DNA from: Macrostomum lignano
Taxonomy: Eukaryota
Direction of reading: 5' to 3'
Assembly (NCBI GenBank): GCA_002269645.1
Contig: NIVC01001101.1
Coordinates: 321,966 to 385,965 of the forward strand
Length of the DNA stretch: 64,000 bases
Positions 33,974 to 45,287 of the stretch are shown one piece after another; the stretch's first letter is position 1; every line of letters starts with the position of its first letter. The translations under genes and the position numbers were made by a program. A model generated the notes under the pieces. It had not been told where the DNA came from. It saw only the letters and a list, made by a program, of their open reading frames with translations, and ran no database searches.

Positions 33974-36900
33974 CTAGACCAGTCGGATGCGCTTCAGCTG
34001 ATCGTGGGATGCGGGCGTCAGCGCATAGTGTCCGTAGGGCAGGCTTCGATTACTGCTAAGCCACACTCGCTTATCCTCCCACACCGATAGGCTTCTTTTC
34101 TCCATGACCGACGTGAAGATTTCGTGTTTCTTGGAAACAATCGCTGTCATGGCAACCATCTGCTCTTGCTTGGACTCGAACGCGTCGACATAGTTCGCAT
34201 GCGAAATTTGCTGTCTTACTACTGACTGCTTCACGCCTTTGGCAGTTTTCTTGATCTTTGCACTCGAATTCTCGGCAGGGAGAAACGAATAAAGTTTTGG
34301 ACGCAAAAGAATCCACTCCTGGTAAATTCCACCAGCAGATTCATCTTTAACGCAGCCCAAGCTTTCCTTTTAACTCTTCAGAGAAATGCGGATGGTCTCG
34401 AGAAATAGTTGGATGTGTCAAGTATTTTTCCTCTCTAAGCTTCGGGATTACCGTCCGATGTTAAATCACGATTCTTGAAAGCTAGAAAAATGAGTCAGTA
34501 TCACCTCCGCAAAAGCATCATGTCTCTGGAACCGTCTGAATGACAGAACAGCGGTCGGAGCCTGTCATATAGTGGCTGTACATGGCCATCTTAGAGAGAT
34601 CGAGAACTGCCTGGCCAACGAAAATGGCCTTGTCAGCGTGACTTTATCTTTTTTGAGCTGAAAAATGCTCACGACTCATTGATAATCGAGAATGCGGCAC
34701 AGTTTGGTCGAGAGGCGCAAGTTTCTGCTTGAGTCTGGTTAGTGCAAATTCGAACATCGCATCTTTTTCGAACGTTCTCCATAGTTTTTCCAAAGAGAGA
34801 ATTGTTTTTCAATTTGTAAAAATCCTTAGCAAACTCGGAAGTTGCCAAAGCTCTTTTTCATTGTTGCTGGCAATGTACGGCGCGAAAATATTTTCCTGCT
34901 TGAACGAAATCATTTTTTGACGCACTTGATCCGCATTCCGTGTTGCAGGTAAAATCTTAAAACGGTGCTGTGAACTACGTAAGAAATCCTTGTCGGTACA
35001 GGTGAGTAGAAGCTTCTCCGTTGCTTGAAACTTAGCTTCAGCATTGCCAGTTCGCTGTTCAGCAATCTCTTTCCATAGTTCGGCCATGTACGGCGAGAAT
35101 TGATCTGGCTGTGGTTTTGATTTTTCAGGTGCAAACGGTAACTCCTGAGTCGAATCGTGAATCTCAGCTGGGTATTCTAGATCGAGTTGAACAAGGTAGG
35201 CGATCTCGGCTTCTGGATTGAGTGACAGAAACCGATTGGAGTCCCAGAACTGGATTTTCCTGTTCCGGTACCCACCTGAATTCCCTGCATGGAAGCGGAA
35301 GGCGAAGGGCAAAGCCATACAAGTTGTTCATATCGATCGGCATGAGGCTTACACTCTCTTGCTGATCATCATAACTGGCAAGCTAGGATTATTACTTTGA
35401 CGCAAATGCACATTAATGAAGGACATGCCTCCTCGTATTCGCTTCTCAACAGATGATACATGTCAGCATCAGTCAGCTGCTCTAGAACCACTCCAGTCGA
35501 CTTTAGAGCTGAGTCGTAAGACAAAACCAGGAGTAGTAAAGTAGTGTACCGGATCCAATCCGTCTCCTTTCAGACTGGCCTGTCGGAATGTCTCAAAAAT
35601 GGTCAGCCAGCTGCCTTACATCCATTTCAAGATAGCGAGCATATAATCCTTCAAACTTTTGCATTGAAATGCCGCCCATGCCGCTCTTGCTCTATTGTAG
35701 TCGTCGTCGGAAATTCCCCTATCGGAAAGTCGATTAAAAAAAGCATCTTTAGGTGGCAAAACCGACTGCTCGAGAATCTCAAATCCTGTGAGGTAATCAT
35801 ATGGGAAAATCCCTTTTTTTCGAAGTAGCTCTCTTGAAAGATGTGGTCTTGACTCAAGCATTTGCATTGTCAGCTTGCATTCAGCTTCGGGAAGATTAGC
35901 AAACAAATTGGACAAACTTCCCTTCAAAAAGCAGAGCGAGTCGATGAACTGAATTGTAAACATGATTGGCACAACTTTTCCGTTCTTTACGTAACTTGCA
36001 ACAGGGAATTCCGCCCTTAGTGACAAGTATCGCTCGGATGATTGCGGAACAACACTAAGTTTCCAATTTTTCATGCTCCCAAGCGCAGTGGAAAGTAGAA
36101 GATGAAGGTCGTAGCCGCCTAAGTTGTGAAAAACCAGGGGCAGAAACCGGCGTCGGAGCTGTGCTCGCAGGTTGCATTCTTGACATGCTGCACCTTTGTA
36201 CTGTCCATTTAAATGATCGTGGTCAAAATGTTTATCTGTAGAACTTTTAAAGTTCTTCTTGCAGTAGTGACATACCTCAGCAGAATTGAAATCATCCATG
36301 ACGGTCGCGGATGATCGGTCAGCCGGCTGGTGGCTATGCTTCTGGTTCCAGTGAAATATATCCTGAGCCAGGCTTTCAAGAGATTTGAGAAAACCAAGGA
36401 TACACTCATCAGGGTCCGCATTGCAAAAGACCTTGTACATGTCTCCTTCTGGCCTAAGCGGAGGTCCTGTCATGCCTTCACGAGGCACTGCAAGAAAAGC
36501 TGCTGCACATGGTTCATGCTTTGAGATCAGGTTAGCAGGGTCTGTGTTCGCTCGCAAAATGGCTTCCAGGTCGGCATAGGCAACGAATGGTGGACTGACA
36601 GTGTTTTGACAGTTTCGGAACTTTATTTCATTCTGTCCTGGAACTGGAAGCGTTTCTTTGACAGGATTTTCTGCAGTAATGCTGCATTCGTTCCTGTGCT
36701 CTTGAAGCCTCTCGTTGCTATAAAATGATGTTAAACATTTCGTGCACCACTTCCTCATGGCGGGACCATTACGACTGTTCATTAACCTGTCAAAATTAGT
36801 AATTGCACACCAGTGCTCCGATCCGTAGCTGTCTTTAACTAGCAAAAGCATGAGGTGTCTTCGGTCATCTGACTCATGCTTGCGGCGACGGAGAAGAGTC

Positions 36901-38289
36901 ACACTGCCCTGCTGCCAAGAGAACGCAGAAATGCAAATTCCTGGATTGTTAGACTCGACGCGATCGATATCAGCGACACTCACTGGCATGGAGATTTCTG
37001 CAAAGTCCAGCTCACGCAACCATTCATCGTAAGAGGATATTCTGTTGGGCGATTTCTGAACTTTCGGATCGGCGCTGTGCAGTGCAGCGAGACAGGCGTA
37101 CAGGAAACAGTCTTTGCCTGTGCTCGGTGGATTGATAACAGCCTTTTTGTTCTTCAAACTGGCAGGAAGATTGAATCTAACGGCTCTGCCCTGGCGAAAT
37201 CGAATTGGATTGTACCTGGCAAGGTTGATGTCTAGAAAATTAATTTGTTTAATTGTCCAGCCACTGCCGTTCGTATTAATCATACTACAGATCCTCTCCA
37301 ACTCCTGCTCCTGCTCAATCAACCAGTTGTTTAAACGGCCTGCTTCACCACCTAGGTCTAGGGCCTGCATTTTACAGCTTATCCATCTGTCCTCTTCGGC
37401 AAGCATCTCCCCATCTCTTATTCGGACCATTCGAATATTCGCCTTTAGCTGAACTTTGTAATGATGTCTTGAAATTCTTTGCTGAACTGCCTCAATAATT
37501 TTGTCTCCAGCTTGGACAAAAAATTCTGACGGAAGCGTGTCTGGGTGACTCGATCTGAGCCTCAGTATTTCCAGTGATTGATCATAGGCTTGGGCAACTC
37601 TGCTGAAGCTGACTGTTGAACCTGGTTTGTGGTTTTAGGATAATATTTTTGTTTTTTGCTGCCTATAGTTTCAAATATCAAAGATACTAAACTAAACGTC
37701 TGTACCCAAGCATACATGTACAACCCTACCGGTATAAAGTCTTTTATCTCCCCTTCTCCCATTCTTTGGACTAAAATTTTAGACTGCATAATATACATCG
37801 CATTGATAAGAAAATTTTTAAGTAAGTTGAAAAGGATAAATAAAGGCACTTACCTTGGTGTGCATCAGTCACCGACTCGCTGTTGGCTGCTGACTCGCTG
37901 CTGGCTGCTGACTCGCTGCTGGCTGCTGACTCGCTGCTGGCTGCTGACTCGCTGCTGGCTGCTGACTCGCTGCTGGCTGCTGACTCGCTGCTGGCTGCTG
38001 ACTCGCTGCTGGCTGCCGACTCGCTGCTGGCTGCCGACTCGCTGCTGGCTGCCGACTCGCTGCTGGCTGCTGACTCGCTGCTGACGTCATGGTCCACCCA
38101 AGGGTGGTCATACTCGATCCACGAGTGGTCATCCTCCATCCACGAGTGGCCATTCTCCATCCACGAGTGGTCATTCTCCATCCATGAGTGGTCATTCTCC
38201 ATCCATGAGTGGTCATTCTCCATCCATGAGTGGTCATTCTCCATCCATGAGTGGTCATTCTCCTGCTCCATCCAGGAGTGCTCAACCAT
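33974..38289 (-). CDS. polB: Protein-primed family B DNA polymerase; probable exon 1 38289-37854, intron 37853-37622, exon 2 37621-33974; several frameshifts between ~34360 and 35620
   Basis: C2H2 finger, exonuclease YADLE / FHNLGGYD / FIDS, EndoVII-like CHYC..DHDH..CQECN insert, KKGIFPYDY, motif A IDMNNLYG (~35320), motif B YKLKNNSLFGKT (~34790), motif C GDTDS (~34500), C-terminal KG(V)K..EDKR..SLPYGH. Confidence 0.92.
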
Positions 38290-39176
38290 AGAAAAGGCAA
38301 GCAGTTAAAAGCTGACAGTGTTTACTGGCTGCAACTGAGTGTCATAAGCAACTGGGAGTGAATATTGGAAATCTTTTTCGTAAGTCTTTATTGCTGCAAT
38401 ACTGGTACAATATCCACACTTACAAGCTAGTAGATGCTGGTTATATTTTTTTGGTTCTCCCTTAAGCTAGCTCTCTGCATGCATATTCTATTGATCCCTA
38501 TTCGTAAAAGTTCGTTTCTATTTGCCTCCTACGCAGACTCAATCGGTAAAAAATGCAAAATGAAGCCAATAGTTAATTAACAAACCAATCACCGAGTGGA
38601 AAAATGCTGACATTATATATATATATATATTTTTTTAAAAATTATCGAATTCACATGGTGCAATCATAGTCAATAAACAATGCATGGAACAATGAATTAC
38701 AAATACAGACGAGAGTTTAGAAGCAGAAATATAGCTGAAAAGTTCAATAATTAAAGAATGAGGAAACACCGCGTCAAAGCAGTAGAAAGAAAATTATACC
38801 TAATCAATCGCACCAAGCATACGAAACCATCACCAATTTATTGAAAGTATGTTATGTTGATTTTAATTTGTTAAATTCAACTGTATAATGTTTCACCTAC
38901 TTTTCAAATAATTTTTTTTACCTCGGATACCAAAAAAATATTGGTTGCCACTACGAGCTACGAGCTTTTTTTAAAACTAATTTGGAAATGAAAACTGAAA
39001 ACTTATAAGCAAGATTCCTAGAAGCGAATACAGAGTTATGAGATGATCAAATCATTAATTAATGTACCTACTTCAACTTTAAAAAGCTAGTTGAAATAAA
39101 GTTTTAGCAATAATTGCAATAAATGGGTAGATTTCTCACTCCACACAGAAAGCAAAAAAGTACAAAAATTGCTTAG

Positions 39177-40499
39177 TCACAGCGGCACAATTCTAATACG
39201 ATTTTCGAAAATCGTTACCTCGTACCCAGCCCCGCCGACAGGAGGCAGAAAGAAGGCAACTCCAGCTGGCACGGGTGGAGTTTCGGATTGAGAAGCTGGA
39301 ATTGTAGAGGCTGCAGCTGGGGCGGCTGGAGCAGCTGGGGCAGCCAGAGCAGCTGGGGCGGCTGGAGCAGCTGGGGCGGCCAGAGCAGCTGGGGCGGCCA
39401 GAGCAGCTGGGGCGGCCAGAGCAGCTGGGGCGGCTGGAGCAGCTGGGGCGGCCAGAGCAGCTGGGGCGGACAGAGCAGCTGGGGCGGCCAGAGCAGCTGG
39501 GGCGGCCAGAGCAGCTGGGGCGGCTGGAGCAGCTGGGGCGGCCGGAGCAGCTGGGGCGGACAGAGCAGCTGGGGCGGCCAGAGCAGCTGGGGCGGCCAGA
39601 GCAGCTGGGGCGGCCAGAGCAGCTGGGGCGGCTGGAGCTGCAGGTGGCACAATTGCATTATGCGACTCATTGTCGCTGCCCTCCTCTTCTAGGATTTCCA
39701 TTTCGTGGTCGTCTTCAATTAGATGAAGTTGTTTTCCAGCAATCACCGGAACCGAAGAGACAGGTTGCTGCTGCTGCTGACCAGCGTTGAATTCCCTGAG
39801 GAACTGATCCAGGACATCTTCCTCTATGAAGTTTATGACAGCAGCAGCCTCGACTCCAGCAGCCTCGACTCCAGCAGCCTCGACTCCAGCAGCCTCGACT
39901 CCAGCAGCCTCGACTCCAGCAGCCTCGACTCCAGCAGCCTCGACTCCAGCAGCCTCGACTCCAGCAGCCTCGACTCCAGCAGCCTCGACTCCAGCAGCCT
40001 CGACTCCAGCAGCCTCGACTCCAGCAGCCTCGACTCCAGCAGCCTCGACTCCAGCAGCCTCGACTCCAGCAGCCTCGACTCCAGCAGACAGCTCAACTTC
40101 AAATTCTGCAGCTGCTGAAGACCCGCTTGGCCTCATCCTCTTCAATGTAGAGTCAATTACTTGACTCAAGTGAGCTGATAGCAGACTCCTGCTGGCTCCC
40201 TTTTTCTGCTGGATCTTCTTTTCTCTCTCGTTGCTCTTTTTGATGGCGCGGATTACTTTCCAGCGGTTACTTTCTTGCTTTTTCTTGTCATCGCTGACGA
40301 TCCTGTGTCCTCGATGATATGCTGGAATTTTTCCCTCCTGCAGAGCTTCGACGGTGCCGCACTGGTCGCATGCCAACCAGCATGAGACCAGACAGTTCTC
40401 ATTCTCGTGGTGTCTTGGGGACACGCCTCCAAGCAGGCACACTTCGCAGCTTATACAGACCTCATAGAGGTCTCTATGACAACTTTTAAAAGTTTTCAT
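39177..40499 (-). CDS. 440-aa accessory protein: Cys/His-rich N-terminus, (EAAGV)~16 and (APAA[L/P]A)n repeats
   Basis: ATG at 40499 about 100 bp downstream of an inward TATA box; unique N- and C-termini in one open frame across 15-bp and 18-bp repeats. Confidence 0.6.
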   Translation of the reverse strand: MKTFKSCHRDLYEVCISCEVCLLGGVSPRHHENENCLVSCWLACDQCGTVEALQEGKIPAYHRGHRIVSDDKKKQESNRWKVIRAIKKSNEREKKIQQKKGASRSLLSAHLSQVIDSTLKRMRPSGSSAAAEFEVELSAGVEAAGVEAAGVEAAGVEAAGVEAAGVEAAGVEAAGVEAAGVEAAGVEAAGVEAAGVEAAGVEAAGVEAAGVEAAGVEAAAVINFIEEDVLDQFLREFNAGQQQQQPVSSVPVIAGKQLHLIEDDHEMEILEEEGSDNESHNAIVPPAAPAAPAALAAPAALAAPAALAAPAALSAPAAPAAPAAPAAPAALAAPAALAAPAALSAPAALAAPAAPAAPAALAAPAALAAPAALAAPAAPAAPAALAAPAAPAAPAAASTIPASQSETPPVPAGVAFFLPPVGGAGYEVTIFENRIRIVPL

Positions 40500-40600
40500 T
40501 TTGAAAGAGAAAGAGTTGTTTTTTAGAAGTAGTAAGGTTTTTAAAAATCCTTTTATACAATTTTGTTTTTGTCTATTTGTTTATTTGTACTTGCGTGGCT

Positions 40601-40609
40601 GCTTATATA
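40601..40609 (-). promoter_or_regulatory. TATA box TATATAAGC upstream of the 440-aa gene
   Basis: Reverse complement of GCTTATATA; identical to 25278-25286. Confidence 0.55.
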
Positions 40610-40957
40610 GTAATTTGTACATGCATGCCCTCTCCTTATCATATCGTATATGAACATCCAGCCATGCTCAGGTAATAATTACTTTACCGTTATAGAGGCC
40701 ACCGGCTGTAATTAGTGTATCCCCCCGTCCCCTTATCCAGGTAAGCAACACCAGCCGTCCTCTGTGCAGTTGTAAAACTTTATAACCTTACCCTAACACA
40801 GAGCACAGAGATTGGCCACCCCTCTTATCTCTGCAATGTTTAGCCGTTCCCAATGCACAGAGATAGGATCCTCTCCGCAGTGTATTTTTCCTATATCCTT
40901 TTTGCCGCCTATCTCGCCAGTGCTAGTGCGGCAGTATCATGAATCGCCTCTATCTCC

Positions 40958-41322
40958 GCAGTGCTTAGCCGTCCCCAATGCACAGAGATAGAGCTCATAT
41001 CTCTGCAGTGCCTAGCCGTCCCCAATGCACAGAGATAGAGCTCATATCTCTGCAGTGCTTAGCCGTCCCCAATGCACAGAGATAGAGCTCATATCTCTGC
41101 AGTGCTTAGCCGTCCCCAATGCACAGAGATAGAGCTCATATCTCTGCAGTGCTTAGCCGTCCCCAATGCACAGAGATAGGGCTCATATCTCTGCAGTGCT
41201 TAGCCGTCCCCAATGCACAGAGATAGGGCTCATATCTCCGCAGTGTATTTTTCCCTGTACATTTGCATTGCCGCCTATCTCGCCAGTGCTAGTGCGGCAG
41301 TATCATAATTCGCCCTACTACT
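40958..41322 (-). repeat. Right TIR: 6 x 47-bp units plus 83-bp unique end
   Basis: Reverse complement of the left TIR; a degenerate extra subterminal copy lies at ~40850-40957. Confidence 0.93.
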
Positions 41323-44141
41323 GTGATGAAAGGCAGTTTCTGAGAAAAATACAAAATTATAAAGAAACAGTAATGTGCATACACATTCGATTGTCTCGCT
41401 CTAACAGACAGCGACGGTTCGCCGACAGGCAATGCCATATCATACGACTCACTAGTAATGTCAGCTGTGTCGATAGAATGTCATTCGTAGCATAGTCGTC
41501 ATCCGGAAACAACTGGCTTTCGTTGATCGGCTGCTGGTAGACCAGAGACGAAGTGAATGGCGTGCCATCTGATGCGCCGGCTCGCGCGGCGATGGCTTTG
41601 TCGCGCTGTTGCGTCCACGAAATGCCGACTGCGCTGGAAACTCTTATCTGATTGTCTTCGCAATCCCGTGTGCCAACGGTAATATCCAACCGACTTGGCG
41701 TTGCAGATGTCGCTAGTGCGATGGACGATCGTCCAACGGCGTCATCAACTGCGTCGTTCGAAGCAGTGACACCCTCCGAAAACAAGTGGCTGACAAGATT
41801 AAGATTACCGACACTCATGGCATGGTCTGTAACGACTACTCTCTTGACTTGTTCGAGGATTTATTAACCCTCGGCAAGATTACCGACACTACTCTCTTGA
41901 CTTGATCTGCTCACGGCTGGTGCAACTGCAAACGCCTTCGACAAACCAATGGAGCATGCACCGAAAAAAATCGGATTAGCGTCTATCTTAATAGGAAAGC
42001 TGCTTTGCATACTGGGCCAGTTGGAGCTATTTGGAACCATGCCACAGTCTCCGTCTAGACACCTAGCTGTGCCAAACAATATGGCTGGCTGACTCATGCT
42101 TCTAAGCGTCAAAGCCCGTTGACACACTAAGCAGCTGTGATAGACTACATGCCAGTGGTAGTCAAACCTCTCGCACACAATCAGCGCGCAACAATTTTTC
42201 AACAGCCTCACATTACGGACGCTACAGTGCCTCCGAAAAGCAGATCAACTCACCTTGCAATTTCGAGGCTTTATTACCCCTCGGATTAGATTGACCCGCG
42301 TAGTCAAATAAAAGTGACTACTCTTAGCAGCTGCCTTGAGCCACAACAGACGCGAGGATTGATAACCCCTCGTAGGTCAGCATTTTCAGTCAACTGCTCA
42401 ACTCTGATTCATCGGTTGAAGCGGGGTTCCATTATCCCTCGCTGGTGGCCATACACCAACACTGCAGACGCTTTAGACAACCCAATGGAGCATGCTCTAG
42501 CAAGAGCTAGAATAACGTCTGTCGTAAAAAAGAAACAGAAAGAAACAGAAAGAAAGAGACTACATGCCATTGGGAGTCAAACCTCTCCGGCACAATAAGA
42601 ATGCAATAGTTATGGCACTTTATGGCACTTTAACATATGACATTACCATATGGCACTTTATCCCTCGCAGGTCAGCATAGCAGCTGCCTTGAGCCACAAC
42701 AGACGGAAGACCAGTCTTATCCGTAACTTCATCGAGATTCGGGTCAATGGGAGCTGATCCCTGTGGATTTGCCAGATCACTTGGTCTAGATCACAGAGGA
42801 ATTCCGACTGAACCCCCAAAATCTCATCCAGAACATTTTCAATTGGAAAACCTGAAATTTGGGTCTACAATCAGAACTTAGAAGTGTTCCGGGTGAAAAA
42901 ATTTTGGAAAATGCAGCCGGAACAGCTTTCCTTTTTCCCGAACTTTTGCAGGATCACATTTTCCGGAAAAAAGGGACTATTCCGGGCCGAAAATGCTGAT
43001 CGGGGCCTTCACTTGGAAATCAATTAATAAATCGGGCCCGGATCACGAAATTCTGGGTGAAAAGTACAACGGGTTCTTACAGACCGGATAACACAAAGGC
43101 ATCTTGATTGAAATCTTTTTCCATTATCTGCTTTGCAAACCAGATTCGCATCATGTTATCCGGCAAATTTCAGATTCACACAGGTTTCTTACAAACCAGA
43201 TAACACACAGTTATCTTTATTTAAATCTTGTACTGTTATCTGTTTTTCAAACAAAATTCGCACCATTTTATCCTGTAAAATTCCGATTCAAACAAGATTC
43301 GATCAACCAAGATAACAGAGAATTATCTGGTGGCGAATCTTGTACTGTTATCTGTTTTTCAAACAAGATTCGCGCCATGTTATCCTGTAAAATTCAGATA
43401 ACTCACCAGATAACAGTCAAACAAGAAAACAAAAAATTATCTGGTGGTGAATCTTGTCATGTAATCTGATTTCTAAGCAAGATTCGGGCCACTTTATCTG
43501 GTGAAATTCAGATAACTCACCAGATAACAGGCAAACCAGATAACACTAAAATTACCTGGTGACGAATCTGATGGTTTCACCAGTTTCGCACCTCAAACAA
43601 GGAAATCGGTAGTGAATCTGACAAGATTCGAAAATTATCTTGTGGTGTTATCTGTTTTATTTATCAGAAGGAATCCACCACTAAGTATCACCCTAATCCC
43701 TCGTTAGTCCACCAGCAATGTTTGCGCAATGCACACTCGCTGCTAGGCCAGACCCGCTCCAACCCCCACCCACACGTAGCAGTAAATTTTGAGATTAGAA
43801 ATGATAAATAAGCGAATAAGCAGTGAAATAGAAATTATGTGACAGCGGAAGCTGCAGATGAGAAATAAAATAATCAAACAGTCCGTGGCAAGGCCGTGAA
43901 AGAAGCTTTCACTCATTTATTAATTATGACACAGAGCCGTCATCGGACACGAACTAAAAACGTCACCGACAAATATTTTATTGTCTGTTGAATATTTCAA
44001 CTTGTTTTTTTCCTAGAAATTTATTATTATTATTTGTCACCTGTAAAACGGAATTTCACGAAATGGAACATAAAATGGAGCGGCAAAAGTCGCGAGTTCG
44101 TCATGCCGTACCGATACAGCGAGTTGCTAGTTTTGCCTCCG

Positions 44142-45287
44142 TCAGCCTTTCCAGAACAGATTGTCAAACGGCTTATTTGGCACAGGCTTCAGTACGTAGA
44201 AGGCCCCAGGTTTCCTGGGATTAATTTTGCCCTTCTCAATCTGCAGAACGGCTCCATTGTTGTCGTGGGTGCCGCTGTAGCCCGGGGCGCTGAAGACGGT
44301 GACGCAGTGCCGGTTTAGCAGCACGTGGAAGCCTTCTTTAGCTACCTGGTGGCCGCGGACAACGAAGCTGACCCCGAACTGTTGCAGCACCGAGTCCAGG
44401 GCCTCGCTAGAGAACAGAAACGAGCAACCGCGTTTCGTAGGCGCCCAGTTGATTTTGGTTTTCTCGCCGGTTATCTGGAAGTGGTCGTAGATGACATTGT
44501 GCTGCGGATCTGCCCAGAGCAGGTCGCAGTGCACGCCGAACTGAGGCGGCTCGTACGGTCGGTCCATGCTGTTCAGAGCTTCAACACAGGCGTCCTGATC
44601 GCAGTCCAGAAATGGTGGCAGAGAAAAACTTGGCGATATGCCGCCGTGGCAGCAGAAGATCTGCCGGCCCACAACGGCACTCAGAGGCAGCCACTGGAAG
44701 CAGCGAAGGAAGCCGCGAAGCACCTGGATGCCTTTCTCCTCGCCGAAGCGCTGGTACAGCTCATCTTTGAAGCCGTACCGAAGGCAGACGTTGGCAGCTT
44801 CGTGATTTCCGCGCAGCAGGTAGACTGAGTCTGGATACAGCATCATTAAGCAGAGCAGGAGCATCATCACCTCAATTGAGTACTTGCCACGATCGATGTA
44901 GTCGCCCAGGAACAGATAGCGAGTTGCGGGCGGCTGGCCCAGCCCGTCGAAGTAGCGCAGCAGGTCGTGAAATTGGCCGTGTATGTCGCCGACAATGTTG
45001 ACGGGAGTGCTCACTCGCAGGCAGGGGTTCGTGTGCCTGCTCATGTACATCAGGGCAGCGTGGCACAGGACTAGGCACTCTTGGGCTGTCACCTTTGGGT
45101 GATTCACAAAGTCGTCAACTGGGAAGCTGAGCAGCCTCATCGCAAACTCTTTGAGGTTAAGTTCGTCTCTGATCACCAGATTGCTGGACGATTCGGTATT
45201 GTGATTCGAGCGCGGACCCTCGGTGACGTCAAGGCCACCGCCGTCGTCCTTATTTGGATCCGCCGTAGATGGCGCTTCTTGATCCAT
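44142..45287 (-). CDS. Intronless divergent PPP-family Ser/Thr phosphatase (PP1-like)
   Basis: GDIHGQ, GDYIDRG, LRGNHE, CHGG, DLLWADP, RGHQ and SAPGY motifs in one 381-aa ORF. Confidence 0.92.
   Translation of the reverse strand: MDQEAPSTADPNKDDGGGLDVTEGPRSNHNTESSSNLVIRDELNLKEFAMRLLSFPVDDFVNHPKVTAQECLVLCHAALMYMSRHTNPCLRVSTPVNIVGDIHGQFHDLLRYFDGLGQPPATRYLFLGDYIDRGKYSIEVMMLLLCLMMLYPDSVYLLRGNHEAANVCLRYGFKDELYQRFGEEKGIQVLRGFLRCFQWLPLSAVVGRQIFCCHGGISPSFSLPPFLDCDQDACVEALNSMDRPYEPPQFGVHCDLLWADPQHNVIYDHFQITGEKTKINWAPTKRGCSFLFSSEALDSVLQQFGVSFVVRGHQVAKEGFHVLLNRHCVTVFSAPGYSGTHDNNGAVLQIEKGKINPRKPGAFYVLKPVPNKPFDNLFWKG

Larger units (their letters stand above)
24549..41322 (+). mobile_element. Complete Polinton/Maverick (adintovirus-like) element, 16,774 bp
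   Basis: Termini AGTAGTAGGGCG...CGCCCTACTACT; 6-bp TSD GTGATG (24543-24548 / 41323-41328); integrase, pPolB, two capsid proteins, protease and ATPase inside. Confidence 0.97.
23805..43671. mobile_element. TIR element with piggyBac-like CC..GG ends (~3.1 kb without the nested Polinton)
   Basis: Left CCTTTTGGTAAACAAACCAGATAACACCACAAGATAA versus reverse complement of right end CCTTCTGATAAATAAAACAGATAACACCACAAGATAA (4 mismatches in 37). Inserted at the TTAA of the 34-bp satellite (TTAA on the left, only AA on the right). Subterminal CAGATAAC/ACAAGATTC repeats at 23820-24110 and 43080-43660. No transposase recognised. Confidence 0.65.

Noticed and set aside
37869-38308. Independent repeat ORFs in other frames (QQPAAS, LLAADS, CWLLTR)
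   Set aside because: Only the ENDHSWM/SSESAA frame has a strong donor that splices in frame into polB; the others are by-products of 18- and 21-bp repeats.
41330-42700. Transposase for the outer TIR element
   Set aside because: No piggyBac or other DDE motifs found in any frame; only short, stop-interrupted ORFs and internal duplications.
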